This document shows, piece after piece, positions 25,648 through 37,658 of a stretch of 45,666 nucleotides of DNA. Origin of the DNA: Octopus bimaculoides (Eukaryota); assembly GCF_001194135.2 (NCBI RefSeq), contig NC_068999.1, positions 47,744,532 to 47,790,197 on the forward strand, written 5' to 3'. Within the stretch, counting starts at the first letter, position 1; each line of letters starts with the position of its first letter. The notes under the pieces are model-generated. The model did no database searches, was not told the DNA's origin, and worked only from the letters and a program-made list of their open reading frames with translations. Made by a program: the position numbers and the translations under genes.

Positions 25648-25798
25648 GCAACAACATCGAAAAATACCTTAGGAATGAGAACCCAGGTTTGAAATTTCCC
25701 CAAGATACCTGAAGAAGGCTGGAGTGTATATCAGCTGAAACGTGTTAACAACAAACAAGATGAGGACAAAAATCCGTTGAATGTAAATAATGTACACA
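25127..25798. mobile_element. fold-back element: two inverted arms (about 330 bp), each with a tRNA-like head, (AAT)n and a hammerhead-like motif
   Basis: arms 25127-25459 and 25490-25798 are reverse complements with a 30-nt spacer; lies in GFUS intron 5. Confidence 0.85.
25704..25746 (+). ncRNA. degenerate minimal type I hammerhead ribozyme motif
   Basis: GATAC-CTGAAGA-A-GGCTG(gagtgtatat)CAGCT-GAAAC-GT…GTT; the inverted copy at 25181-25226 reads GACAC-CTGAAGA-A-GACTG..CAGCC-GAAAC-ATT-GTGTT. Confidence 0.6.
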
Positions 25799-25895
25799 AT
25801 TCCTCATCTCTTAAATATAGAATTGTAATGTATATGTTGTTTGCACATTTATTTGTAATTTTTTTTTAATGTAAAGAAATATTTGTGAGTCATGA

Positions 25896-26072
<177 letters not shown>

Positions 26073-26145
26073 TGATTTTCTACTTGTAAACATAATGTCT
26101 TAAATAAGTTATTGATCTTTTATTATGTTGCTATATTTTTTTCAG

Positions 26146-26225
26146 TTGGAGAAGAAGATGAAGTTTCTATCAAAGATGTTGCTGATATGGTGATAAAATC
26201 AATGAATTTTACTGGAGAAGTAATT
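26146..26225 (+). CDS. GFUS: GDP-L-fucose synthase exon 7 (VGEEDEVSIKDVADMVIKSMNFTGEVI)
   Basis: acceptor ttttcag after an 81-nt intron; VGEEDEVSIK motif; ends at U12-type donor GTATCCTTT, phase 0. Confidence 0.95.
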
Positions 26226-27349
26226 GTATCCTTTTATTGCTAATTGTCACAAATATTGGGGCCTCCAGCTCATCAAATTCAGTCAAACCTTCCAACCCAT
26301 GCCAGCATGAAAGATGGACATTAAAAGATGATGATGGTTTCTGTGATAATTACTTACTGTAATTGTTTCAATTTATTCTGTTCTATTTCTTAAAGTATTC
26401 CTATGTTGAAGATTAAGATATAAGGTTACTAGCACATAGATATTCCCCTCTCCAAATCACAACATAGACTCAGCCATTAAACTGAACCACCATGTTGCTC
26501 ACAGGATTGTTCTAATAACATAAAAATCCCTGACATTAACATCAGTAACACTTGTCACATCTTTGCTATTCACTCAGAGACAAAATGTACAACACCTCAC
26601 CTGAACAAAAGTACAAACCTAAATAATTTACAAGAACAACAACAACAGCCAGAATTGTCAGTTTACTAAATGGGATACCATCAGGATCTGTTGTTTTTAT
26701 CCAAGGTAGACATGATGTTTGCCTAGATGTGCATTGATATATGTAGCTGAGATATGCTTGATCTTTGCACACCTCTTCAAAACATATACATAGGTTCATA
26801 TACAGATTGTGTCACTCACCCTATCGCTATTCTTCATATTCAGCTGAAGAACAACATTAATCCTACATCAAACACCTAGAAACCTGACACCAAAACAACT
26901 AACTTGAATCAGTTTCTACTAATTCCTTAAACACAACCAAACATCACACACTCCATAAGCATACCACACAAACACACACACACAGACAAAATAACAGCAA
27001 AAATATACCATGCATGTACACACATACATGCACCAACAGCATAAACATAGCACACACACACGCACACAACATAACTTAAACACACCACACACAAACTCAC
27101 TTACACAGAACAACACCATAAATACACCATGCATTCATACACAAGAGCATAAACATATACACAACATAAGCATACCACACACACACGCACAAACACACAC
27201 ACACAGACTTACATGCAACACTTGGCTCATTTTGAAGCTGTGAGACAGGATGTAATATCCCTCACAAACCCACTCACAACATTAAATCTTTAGATTTCAA
27301 TTTCGCTAAATATTTTATTTGATTTGTGTTTTCCTTAACTCGTGCTTAG
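26226..27349 (+). other. U12-type (minor spliceosome) GT-AG intron of GFUS
   Basis: 5' site GTATCCTTT (26226-26234); branch site TTCCTTAAC (27331-27339) 10 nt before the 3' end; no polypyrimidine tract. Confidence 0.9.
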
Positions 27350-27478
<129 letters not shown>

Positions 27479-27654
27479 TAACTTGAAATTTACTATGTCA
27501 TTTAAGTTGAATAAACTGACTTGAGCAGAGCTGTTTATATTCTGTCACCAGTACAGCATAATGTCACTTAACTCTCAATTGTATTATCTTACTCTAAAGA
27601 GTGATTGCAGGAGGTAAAGTTATTAATTCTATTGTTAATTATGTTTCTTTTCAG

Positions 27655-27710
27655 GTATCAAAGATTCCTGTGATTGGTTTGTCCAAAACTTTGAAAGTGC
27701 ACGAAAGTGA
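27655..27710 (+). CDS. GFUS: GDP-L-fucose synthase exon 9 (GIKDSCDWFVQNFESARK*)
   Basis: acceptor tttcag; resembles the human C-terminus (K.TC.WF..NYE.ARK); TGA at 27708-27710; exon lengths sum to 963 nt = 320 aa + stop. Confidence 0.96.
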
Positions 27711-28266
27711 AATGAAGTTTCATGTAATGACAGCAGACTGCAGTTTTTGTTGTATAACGAATGAAATAGAATTTTTTCTAAATTTTTTTCTGTGAATTTT
27801 AAGATTTGGCTAAAGAATCTACAATGCCAAATTTGTGAGGGGCAAAAGGATAAGTCCATAACTTGCTATATTTTTGTTGGTGTATAATTGAAGGATGAGG
27901 GATGTTTATACAGACAAGCTTGCATACATTGGCTGTATGTGAAAGATTATCAACATGGGTTTTACTTTAGGATATAACTAACAGAGAGTATAATATTCAG
28001 TGTTTAAAGAAATATCTCCAAAGAAGGATTTGCATAAAATGAACAGATAATGAAATTCAACTTTTGTAGATTTATCTCCAATTTGGGAAATAATTTAGTT
28101 AATATTTTTTAGATGTTTTAAAACCAAAAACAGCCTTTTTGTTATCCTTACAAAAAGAAGAATACTTATCTTCTTTAGTGGTGTATTTGTTTTACTTGGA
28201 AGCTTGTTGCTAAGTGATTTATTAAAATATAAAAGGTTTTTCTTATAATGCAAACAGAATTTGAGG

Positions 28267-28298
<32 letters not shown>

Positions 28299-28325
28299 TG
28301 ATAATAATAATAATAATAATAATAA
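28267..28325. repeat. (TAA)n microsatellite
   Basis: direct reading. Confidence 0.95.
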
Positions 28326-28601
28326 TGGAAAATTATGAAATCTGTGTTGATTACTGATGGCATTTAAATAGTGGTAAAAAAAACAGTGCTTGAATTTTGG
28401 AACCTATTTTTCAAAATTAAACGGATCTTTTGCAAAACACTTGTTTTATATTTTTTCTTAACTAATATATGCTGCTGCTGTTGTTTTTCCCAGTCTGTTT
28501 CCAGCTGTTATTGCTTGCGTCTGGCTACTATGGCCTTGGGGGCTGTATCATGTTTATTTGTTGTCATAGAAATGTTGAAGGATTCAGTGTTGCTTGGATA
28601 A

Positions 28602-28940
28602 GGATCAGACAAGCTGCCAAATGGACAAGGGTCAAATAAAATGCCAAGTGGACAAGGGTCAAAGAAGTTGCCAAGTGGTCAAGGATCCTACAGGTTGCCA
28701 AGTGGACAATGATCAAGCGTGTTCCCAAGTGGACCAGCATCAAACAAGTTGCTAAGGGGACAAGCAACAAATAAGTTACCCAGTGGACAAATATGAAGCA
28801 AGTTGCCAAGCGGAGAAGCATCAAACAAGTTGCCTAGTGGACAAGCATCAAACAAGTTGCCTAGTGGACAAGCATCAAACAAGTTGCCAAGTGATCAAGG
28901 ATCAAACAGGTTGCCAAGTGGACCAACATCAAACAAATAG
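28602..28940 (+). repeat. 27-bp minisatellite, about 12.5 units (consensus catcaaacaagttgccaagtggacaag)
   Basis: tandem units read directly; one frame gives (G/A)SNKLPSGQ repeats. Confidence 0.9.
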
Positions 28941-30079
28941 AGAAATGAGTTGCAACGTCACTGGTGCCAAGCTGTATCACCCTTTGCCTTTCCCTTGGAT
29001 AACCTCAGTGGTGTGGAGAGGAGAGACTGATATGTATGGGCAACTGCTCGTCTTCCACAAACAACCTTGCCCAGACTTGTGCCCCAGAGGTTAACTTTCT
29101 AGGTGCAATCTTATGATCATTCATGATTGAAAGAGGTCTTTTATAAAAACAATTGTCAAAATATTTTGTGTATTGTAGAAGTATAACCACTTTATTCTAG
29201 ATAAATTTTAACAATAAAATTTTATATGGACCCTGGTTGAGAACCACTAGTGTAGATTATCAGATAAGAGTTATTGAAATGTTGGCTATGGAATTGTTCT
29301 ATACTGGCCTGAGTTGGACTGTTTGACAGAATCCAAAGGGCCCAAGGACTGCATTGGGTTCCAGTATCTGCTTTGGCATAGCTTCCATGGCTGGATGCCC
29401 TTCCAAATGCCAACCACTTTACAACATGTACTTGGTGTTTCTCTTTTTTGTGCCACCAGCATGAGTGAGGTAGCCATGCAGTTACCTCATTGGTGTGACC
29501 CTGAAGGGAGCAGTTTTTATGCTAAGAGATGAGGAGTAAATCTATGAGAGAAAAACAGAGTAAAACAGGTTTCTTGCTGTAGAGGAGTCACATGGTCACC
29601 CATATTTTAGAACAGAGGGTGGGAATGATTAGGGGGAGCTGGAAAAAGAAAACAGCGGGGATAAGGTATATTGGTTGTTACTTTCTCAGTGTGATTTATG
29701 TCATCGTAAGCTAGGTGAATGGGAAGATTCTAATGGAGAGAATATTAGACGAGTTACAATCTCTATTTATGAACATGGCAGAAAATGTATGGATTCTCTG
29801 TTCACTCCAAACAAAAAGATCATATTAAAAGTTTATGTAAGAAGTGTCATATATTGAAAGTAACATCTGGGTTTGTTGAGAACCTGAATTAAATGCATTT
29901 GAGAGAGAGAGAAACATGCTGTTGACTTGAATGGAAATATGATTATGAAAACGATGATCCATAACAGAAACAGCTGTCAGTTGCTGTTTTACAAATCTGT
30001 ATTGTTTTTGTTGTATCCCAAGGATGTTTCCAGATGTTATTTGCCTGCACCTGACTGTTACAACCTTGGGGGTATATTG

Positions 30080-30110
<31 letters not shown>

Positions 30111-30566
30111 TTTTTGTGATGAAAACATTGAACAATTCAGTGTTGCTTGGACGAAGATGAAACAAGTAGTCAAGTGTCAAACACGTTGTAAAATGGACAA
30201 GGATCAAAAAAATTCCCTAGTTTCCAATAGGTAATATAGTTTCTTAATACAGAAAAGAAAAAAAAGGTACAACAAATGATAATAGGGATGATGGTTGTTT
30301 TAAAGTGGCTCAAAGATTTAATCTCTGTAGATGTAGAAATTGGTTACAGATTGTGGAAACCTAAAACATGTCAATGTTCCTGAATGTGAGATTTAAAATA
30401 TGTTGAGAGAGAAACTGGATGTAAATGCGCAGCTTTAAGTATAATTATACGATGTGTACGAATGATGACGACAGCTGTTTAGCCCTTTGCCTACGGGCTG
30501 TGTATCGCATGCAATACATAGGACGTATTTCCCTGGAGTTCATGCATCATATATGATACACATTAA

Positions 30567-30797
30567 GGCGGCGAGCTGGCAGAATCGTTAGCACGCCGGG
30601 CGAAATGCTTAGCGGTATTTTGTCTGCCGTTACGTTATGAGTTCAAATTCCGCCGAGGTCGACTTTGCCTTTCATCCTTTCGGGGTCGATAAATTAAGTA
30701 CCAGTTACGCACTGGGGTCGATGTAATCAACGTAATCCCTTTGTCTGTCCTTGTTTGTCCCCTCTATGTTTAGCCCCTTGTGGGCAATAACGAAATA
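30567..30797 (+). mobile_element. SINE family B, full-length young copy
   Basis: GGCGGCGAGCTGGCAGAATCGTTAG head; B-box GAGTTCAAATTC; 16-bp TSD atatatgat(a/g)cacatt. Confidence 0.85.
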
Positions 30798-30904
30798 ATA
30801 TATGATGCACATTCCCAATTTTTTTAAACCACTAGAATAACTTGGGATTTAAGAAAGAAAACCTTTATATAAGAAAGCAAACTTTTATAGTACTCAGAAA
30901 TTTC

Positions 30905-31330
30905 ACATCTACATCCGTTTCCGCACCGATCGTCGTCCTTGACCTACTATTTGCATTTGATTGCACCTTCCTATCGTATCTAACTTCACTAAGGCAACCA
31001 AGGATTTTGGCCTCACTGTTAGTCTGAAGAAAACTGCAGTGCTGTTCGAGAAACTGCCGTATGCCACATATCAACCACTGCATATCAACATCGAAGGACA
31101 AGCCCTTAACGCAGTCGAATACTTCACCTACCTGGGAAACGTAATTTTTAAGGACGTTGACAACTGCATTGCTAAAGTCAACACCTCTTTTCGACATCTG
31201 CTGAAGCGTCTATGGCAGAACCATGCACCGCACCTGTACACGAAGATCAAAATCTACCTGGCAGTTGTCATTACTACTCGCCTTTATGGGTCAGAAGCTT
31301 GGGTACCGTTCAGGATGCAGGTCTTCATAC
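30905..31330 (+). mobile_element. RTE/BovB-like reverse transcriptase C-terminal fragment
   Basis: LLFAFDC (decayed FADD), FGLTVSLKKT, FTYLG and TKIKIY.AVV.T..LYGSEAW motifs. Confidence 0.85.
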
Positions 31331-32874
31331 AGAAACTGTTATAGCTTCTTAAAGATATTGCAAGCTCTTCTGAAGTTGATTAAAGCCATTGCAATATTGG
31401 AAACCCTTCTATATCTTCAGTAGGAATCTCATGATCACAAGTGTTTCGCCCTTTACCCTGTACACTTCTCCTGAATGGATTAGCTGTAGTCAATGGAAGG
31501 GTTCCACCTGCAGTCTCTTGTCAACCACAGCGCCTTGAACTGGTTTCGGTTGCTATGTTGAGATGTTTTTCTTCAGTCGTCTGGATTCCAAACTAATTTT
31601 CTGCTAGAAATGGCCCACCGATCTCGTTGGGAAGCTATGATAAACACACATGTATCTGGGCAAGAATTATCTTTCTACCACCAGCCTTAGTTCAACCAAA
31701 ACCTTGTAAATTTGGTTGATAATTTCTGTGTAGAAGCCCCTGTTCTTGCACTTGGATGAGGTCAAAACTGGGAGCTTCAATCCGTAGCCTACTTTTAACT
31801 CTTGTCTGAGGGTACCTTCCACCTTTCCTGCAACCACTCTTGGAGACCCTGAAAAGAATTGTCAACGCTGTTCATTTTCCTTTCACCATTCCATTGCAAA
31901 GATAATTGATTACTTTATCGATATATTGATTGAATCAATTTATATTGTTTTGCGATTTATTTCTTGTATTTTTTAATTAGTAATAGAATTTCTTCTTCGT
32001 GTTATTCTTAGCTAACAGCTTCATAGTTTTATATTAGTTTATAGGATAGGTGTATACATTACTTCGCAAATCTATTATCTAACTCGGTATTAATCAAAAC
32101 ACACACAGCATACACACATATACGCGCACATACTCAAGCACACGCACACATACACACACAACCACCCCTCATACACACACATGATCGCAAAGCGCCCACA
32201 CGCAAATAATAACCAGACAACACGCGCACAACATAAACCATTCATATGAATAGACATGTAGCATAGATATAATAGAGAGATCGTGCACATAAAATAGCTG
32301 CAATAAACTTTAAAAGTTATTTATTTAATATGGACAATGAAGATATTTAAGGAAAAGAAACATGATTTTATTAAGCAGTTTATTTCAATTTCAGCGTAAG
32401 GTTAAAATACTTCGCTGAACCTGATTTTTGGCAGTTTTCTCGTTTTGTTTTTGCTAAATGTCATGCTGTCAGCATTGGTAAAACTTGTGACCTTTTCAAA
32501 AGCATAGACACATCAAAGGAGGTGCCAGTCAACAGGCAATTGCCAGATTATGATAATTGTCACAGACAAGTATTCCAAAAGGTAAAGCTTCATATTTTTT
32601 CTCTACCTCCTCATTTCAGTTATCAGTCCATAAATAAAATCGCATCGCATTAAGTACGTTGTCTGCCCATCATTCATTTCGTCTTTCAAAAAAATATTTT
32701 ATGAGCAGATTTTAATTTTTTACAGTGGATTTATCAAATTTTTAGCTCCTAATATCGATCATTATGTCATGTAAACACGTTGTGCTGTTTCTCCTAAAAA
32801 TAACCGATATATTGCATAAGACAGACGTTTACTTGTTTACCTCAGCTACAGACAGTTCTTTACCGTTGCTTTGA

Positions 32875-32975
32875 GACTAATTAAATAATAAAATATAATA
32901 ATTAAATAACAAACTGTAGTAATTAAATAATAAAATATAATTAAATAACAAAATATAGTAATTAAATAATAAAAT
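32875..32975. repeat. AT-rich tandem repeat (taattaaataa-(taa/caa)aatata units)
   Basis: about 5 imperfect units of about 20-25 bp. Confidence 0.7.
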
Positions 32976-33010
32976 ATTGTTCCCAATAAATTAAGGACAG
33001 TCGTCATCAC

Positions 33011-33485
33011 AGGCGCAGGCATGGCTGTATGGTTAAGAAGCTCGCTTTGCAACCAGGTGGTTTCGGGTTCAGTCCCACTACGTGGTATCGCGGTACTTTG
33101 GGCAAGTGTCTTCTACTATAGCTTTGGGCCGACGAATGCGTTTTAAGTGAAACTGCGTGGAAGGCCGTTGGTTGTATACATACGTACATACATACATACA
33201 TTCATACATACATGTTAACTACATCCCAAAGATGGAGCCTTGTATCTTTGTTGGAAACTGGCTCCCTCCTCAGTGGAAGATTTATAATAATTAAAAACTA
33301 GAAGAGACATACATAAATACATAAACGTATGTATGTATGTGTCTTTCTTTTGACAACCACAATTTGGCGGTTCAGCAAAAGTGACCGATAGCATAAGTAC
33401 CAGACTTAAAAGATAAGTACTGAGGTCAATTTATTCGACGGAATCCTTAGAAGTTGTGCCCCAGCGACTGGAACAAATAAAAGGC
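33011..33485 (+). mobile_element. SINE family A, split by (ACAT)n
   Basis: head at 33011; tail gttcagcaaaagtgaccgatag…gaacaaataaaag. Confidence 0.7.
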
Positions 33486-33493
33486 AAAAGACT

Positions 33494-34620
33494 TTAACGA
33501 CTTGACCAAAGATCTTGCCCTCACAAATCCAATGCCCAGTTTTTAACGTTTGGACTCAAGCTATGGAACTGGTTTCGATGAAAATGTCTGAGTCACAAAT
33601 CAGAAGAAGTGTCATCTACATCCTTTACCCATCAACATGACTTCTGCTTCTGCCAAGATGCGATCAGTCTGTCTGAGAGAGTCTCTTGTAACCCAAACAA
33701 ATGGCACCACTTCATTGACATCCTGGAGTCTCAAAGCCGTGACACTCCATAAAAGGAGGTAAAAATATCTATCTTCCCCCAGCTTATTCAGGGCAACGCA
33801 TAGAACAATGAAACTGCATCAAGACCTTTCTAGATGCCTTGAAGTATGATGATTGTGGCTAGGAGATTATTGGAGCCTTCAAAATGGTGAGATTTCTGAT
33901 GAATCCCTTGTGTGGCTTTACCAAGTTTATTCGATTTTTTTGCCTTTGGGACAACAAGTACATCAGAGACAGGCGCTCTACCACAGGAATAAGCAACCTT
34001 TTCTTCGAGAAACGGGCCGAATGAGACACAGCTAATTATCAGACGGGCTGCACTACAGAAAAATGTAAGGAAATTTTTCGTTAGATATACCATTCAGAAA
34101 ATCCAGTGAGGAGTAGTTTGCCCATGACTGTCCTAGAATGTACAGAATTGCCCATGATGCTCAACAGAAAAAGAAAGATTGGGACAGTTTTGCCGCAGGG
34201 ATTCGTGGTTTCCTTGGCAATCGCAAGGCAAAAAAATATGTAGAGTTGATTGAGACTGTTGAAAAACTGCAGCAAAATAGGTTGTGAGATGTCTCTAAAA
34301 GTTCATTTTGTTGGTACTCATTCTGATGATCACGGAAGCGTATTCAGAGGAACAAGGCGAGCGCTTCCGCCAGAGTTTACCGAACTTTGAATGTCGCAAC
34401 CGAAGAGCGAATAATGACGACATGATGAGATACGATATTTGGGGAACTGATACGTGAAACAGTTCTACATGACAAACTACTTGAAAAACTACTCACTTCA
34501 AACCTCTTGTGGTAAATTTCGTGTAAATGCAAGTTTAATTTGTTTCATATATTATTTGCCTCATACTTTCTCGACCATTTTCCCCATATAGGAAATAGGT
34601 AAATTTCAACATTCCCTAAC
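33494..34620 (+). mobile_element. degraded DNA transposase, most like Chapaev3 (CMC/Transib-related)
   Basis: fragments NDLTKDLAL, WDSFAAGIRGFLGNRKAKKYVELI, IGCEMSLKVHF and SEEQGERFRQ; many frameshifts; superfamily assigned from memory. Confidence 0.65.
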
Positions 34621-34812
34621 CATCCGTCATCCATACGCTGGTTTCTAATAAAGAATCAAAACTTCATCGCTGCAATTTGGATAATAACAACAATAAGCGT
34701 TACACGTTGAACTGTTGAACAATCTTGCATATTTTTACTGTTCTGCTTTCAGGATGTGTTTGTAAAGTGCGTGTTTACCCGAAAATCTCAGCTTTCCAGA
34801 CTGTCACTTAAA

Positions 34813-34964
34813 CAGGGCCGCCTTAGCAACATAAAAGCTGTCCGGGCCCTATATTGTTTATTTATTGACAGTAAGCCACAGCATAAGTAGATCAGAAGTG
34901 GACCCTTAATCTTGTAGGGGTCCCGGCTAGCTGACCAGTGCGCCCATACCTTATGATGGCACTG
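34813..34964. mobile_element. short hAT-like MITE
   Basis: ends CAGGGCCGCCTTAG / CTTATGATGGCACTG (imperfect TIRs). Confidence 0.4.
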
Positions 34965-35251
34965 AGTAGAAAACATTTGCTCAAGGTGTCACGAGGTAGA
35001 ACTGAACCTGAAACCACGGGGTTTTCATAGCGAACCTCTTAATCACACACCTATGCCAGCACCAATCTTTTATTTTTTATTTGTTTCAGTCATTAGACTG
35101 CGGCCATGCTGGGGCACCGCTTAAAAGAATATTAGTCGAACAAATCGACTCCAGTACTTCTTCCTTTTTTTTAAAGCTTGGTACATATTCTATCGATCAC
35201 TTTTACCGAACCGCTGGGAGACAAAAAGACATACACGCACACACACACATA
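34965..35251 (-). mobile_element. SINE family A, antisense pieces
   Basis: agtagaaaacatttgctcaagg…gaactgaacc; tttgtttcagtcattagactgcggccatgc. Confidence 0.7.
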
Positions 35252-37227
35252 NNNNNNNNNNNNNNNNNNNNNNNNNNNNNNNNNNNNNNNNNNNNNNNNN
35301 NNNNNNNNNNNNNNNNNNNNNNNNNNNNNNNNNNNNNNNNNNNNNNNNNNNNNNNNNNNNNNNNNNNNNNNNNNNNNNNNNNNNNNNNNNNNNNNNNNNN
35401 NNNNNNNNNNNNNNNNNNNNNNNNNNNNNNNNNNNNNNNNNNNNNNNNNNNNNNNNNNNNNNNNNNNNNNNNNNNNNNNNNNNNNNNNNNNNNNNNNNNN
35501 NNNNNNNNNNNNNNNNNNNNNNNNNNNNNNNNNNNNNNNNNNNNNNNNNNNNNNNNNNNNNNNNNNNNNNNNNNNNNNNNNNNNNNNNNNNNNNNNNNNN
35601 NNNNNNNNNNNNNNNNNNNNNNNNNNNNNNNNNNNNNNNNNNNNNNNNNNNNNNNNNNNNNNNNNNNNNNNNNNNNNNNNNNNNNNNNNNNNNNNNNNNN
35701 NNNNNNNNNNNNNNNNNNNNNNNNNNNNNNNNNNNNNNNNNNNNNNNNNNNNNNNNNNNNNNNNNNNNNNNNNNNNNNNNNNNNNNNNNNNNNNNNNNNN
35801 NNNNNNNNNNNNNNNNNNNNNNNNNNNNNNNNNNNNNNNNNNNNNNNNNNNNNNNNNNNNNNNNNNNNNNNNNNNNNNNNNNNNNNNNNNNNNNNNNNNN
35901 NNNNNNNNNNNNNNNNNNNNNNNNNNNNNNNNNNNNNNNNNNNNNNNNNNNNNNNNNNNNNNNNNNNNNNNNNNNNNNNNNNNNNNNNNNNNNNNNNNNN
36001 NNNNNNNNNNNNNNNNNNNNNNNNNNNNNNNNNNNNNNNNNNNNNNNNNNNNNNNNNNNNNNNNNNNNNNNNNNNNNNNNNNNNNNNNNNNNNNNNNNNN
36101 NNNNNNNNNNNNNNNNNNNNNNNNNNNNNNNNNNNNNNNNNNNNNNNNNNNNNNNNNNNNNNNNNNNNNNNNNNNNNNNNNNNNNNNNNNNNNNNNNNNN
36201 NNNNNNNNNNNNNNNNNNNNNNNNNNNNNNNNNNNNGTCGATTTGCTCGACTAATGGCGGTGCTCCAGCATGGCCGCACTCAAATGACTGAAACAAGTAA
36301 AAGAGTAAAGAGAGTAGGAGAAAAAATTTTCAAATATAAGTATATAAAAATAGACATTGTTTTCCATCTTACTGTTAGTTTTGCTTCATTGAGCAAAATA
36401 AAAATTTATTTTATGATTTATCTTTGTTTGTATTTTGAATTACACATATTTGAGGGCACCAAAATCTTTCAAGTACCTTTTTAGGGCCCTCTTTGGGTTT
36501 TTTTATCCAGCCCTGCATGACGTCTTTGACTTCGAGTTCAGATGGAGATACTTCTATCAGTATCAAATTCTTTTGTCATGGAAACGTTTCTTGGTGTCTG
36601 CAGCGCAGTTATTATTACAAGAAATATTTTGTCTTTGAGCAATATTTGTTGTGAAGTGAATGGAAAGTATACGCGAAAGAAAGGCTGTATTGTGATTGGC
36701 TGATGATAGAGGGAGGCGTTGACTTATTCCTGTAGGCGTGGTTATCGTTTCATGTATATGCATAGAATAATTTTATTGTTAATTTTCTACTTGTTTCAGT
36801 CATTGGACTACGGCCTTGCTGGAGCACAGTTATGAAGGGTTTTAGTCGAACAAATCCGCTCCAGTGCATTTTTCGAAGGGTTGTACTTATTCTATCGGAC
36901 TCTTTTGCCAAATTGCTACATTGCGGGCGCGTAAAGAAACAAACTCAAACATATACGCACGCGCGCACACATATACATACACATATACATACATACATGC
37001 ATACATACATACACACATATGTATGCGTCTCCCCTTCTTCTCCCCCTCTCTCTCTATATATATATCAGTAAAGAATGAGGTGACAAAGGAATCAATGAAC
37101 CTCATTAGTTTACAGCTGTTTCTGCTTATAAGATGTGGTGTACTCATAGTTGAGTGCTTGAGTAACACCTTACAGCTTCATCAGAGCCTCGAATATGAAG
37201 TGAAGCTATAAGGTGTTACTCAGGTAC

Positions 37228-37658
37228 CAGGGCCGGATTAAGACCCATCGAGGCTCTAAGCACTTAAAAGATTTTGGTGCCCCAATAAAAGATTATGTAA
37301 TTCAAAATATAAACAATAACAAATCATAGAATAAATCTTTATTTTTCAAAGCGAAACAAAACAGTAAAAGGGAAAATAATGTTTATTTTTGTATACTTCC
37401 ACTTCGTTTATATTTGAAAAGTTTCCTCCTACTTTTTTAAATTGCAAAGTCTTTGAGCAGATCCTTAAAATTAATCTTAGGTAACACATCTGCATCTATA
37501 CTCAGTAGAGATAAAAGCATCCCGAATATTATTTTAGCAAGTTTAAAGTGATTTCATTTGTGCCGTAAACCATTTACCATTTTGTGGTGCCCCCTCCCCC
37601 TCCTTCCCTTGATGCCTTAAGCACGTATTTATTTTGCTTAATGGTTAATCTAGCGCTG
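37228..37658. mobile_element. hAT non-autonomous element
   Basis: TIRs CAGGGCCGGATTAA / TTAATCTAGCGCTG; 8-bp TSD tcaggtac/ccaggcac (6/8). Confidence 0.7.

Noticed and set aside
28564-29094. ORFs 28564-28824, 28688-28882 and 28783-29094 as genes
   Set aside because: Stop-free by virtue of the 27-bp repeat; these frames lack the synonymous pattern seen in the SNKLPSGQ frame.
35081-36484. Long ORFs (358-467 aa)
   Set aside because: They span the 35252-36236 N-gap; the flanks are SINE tails.
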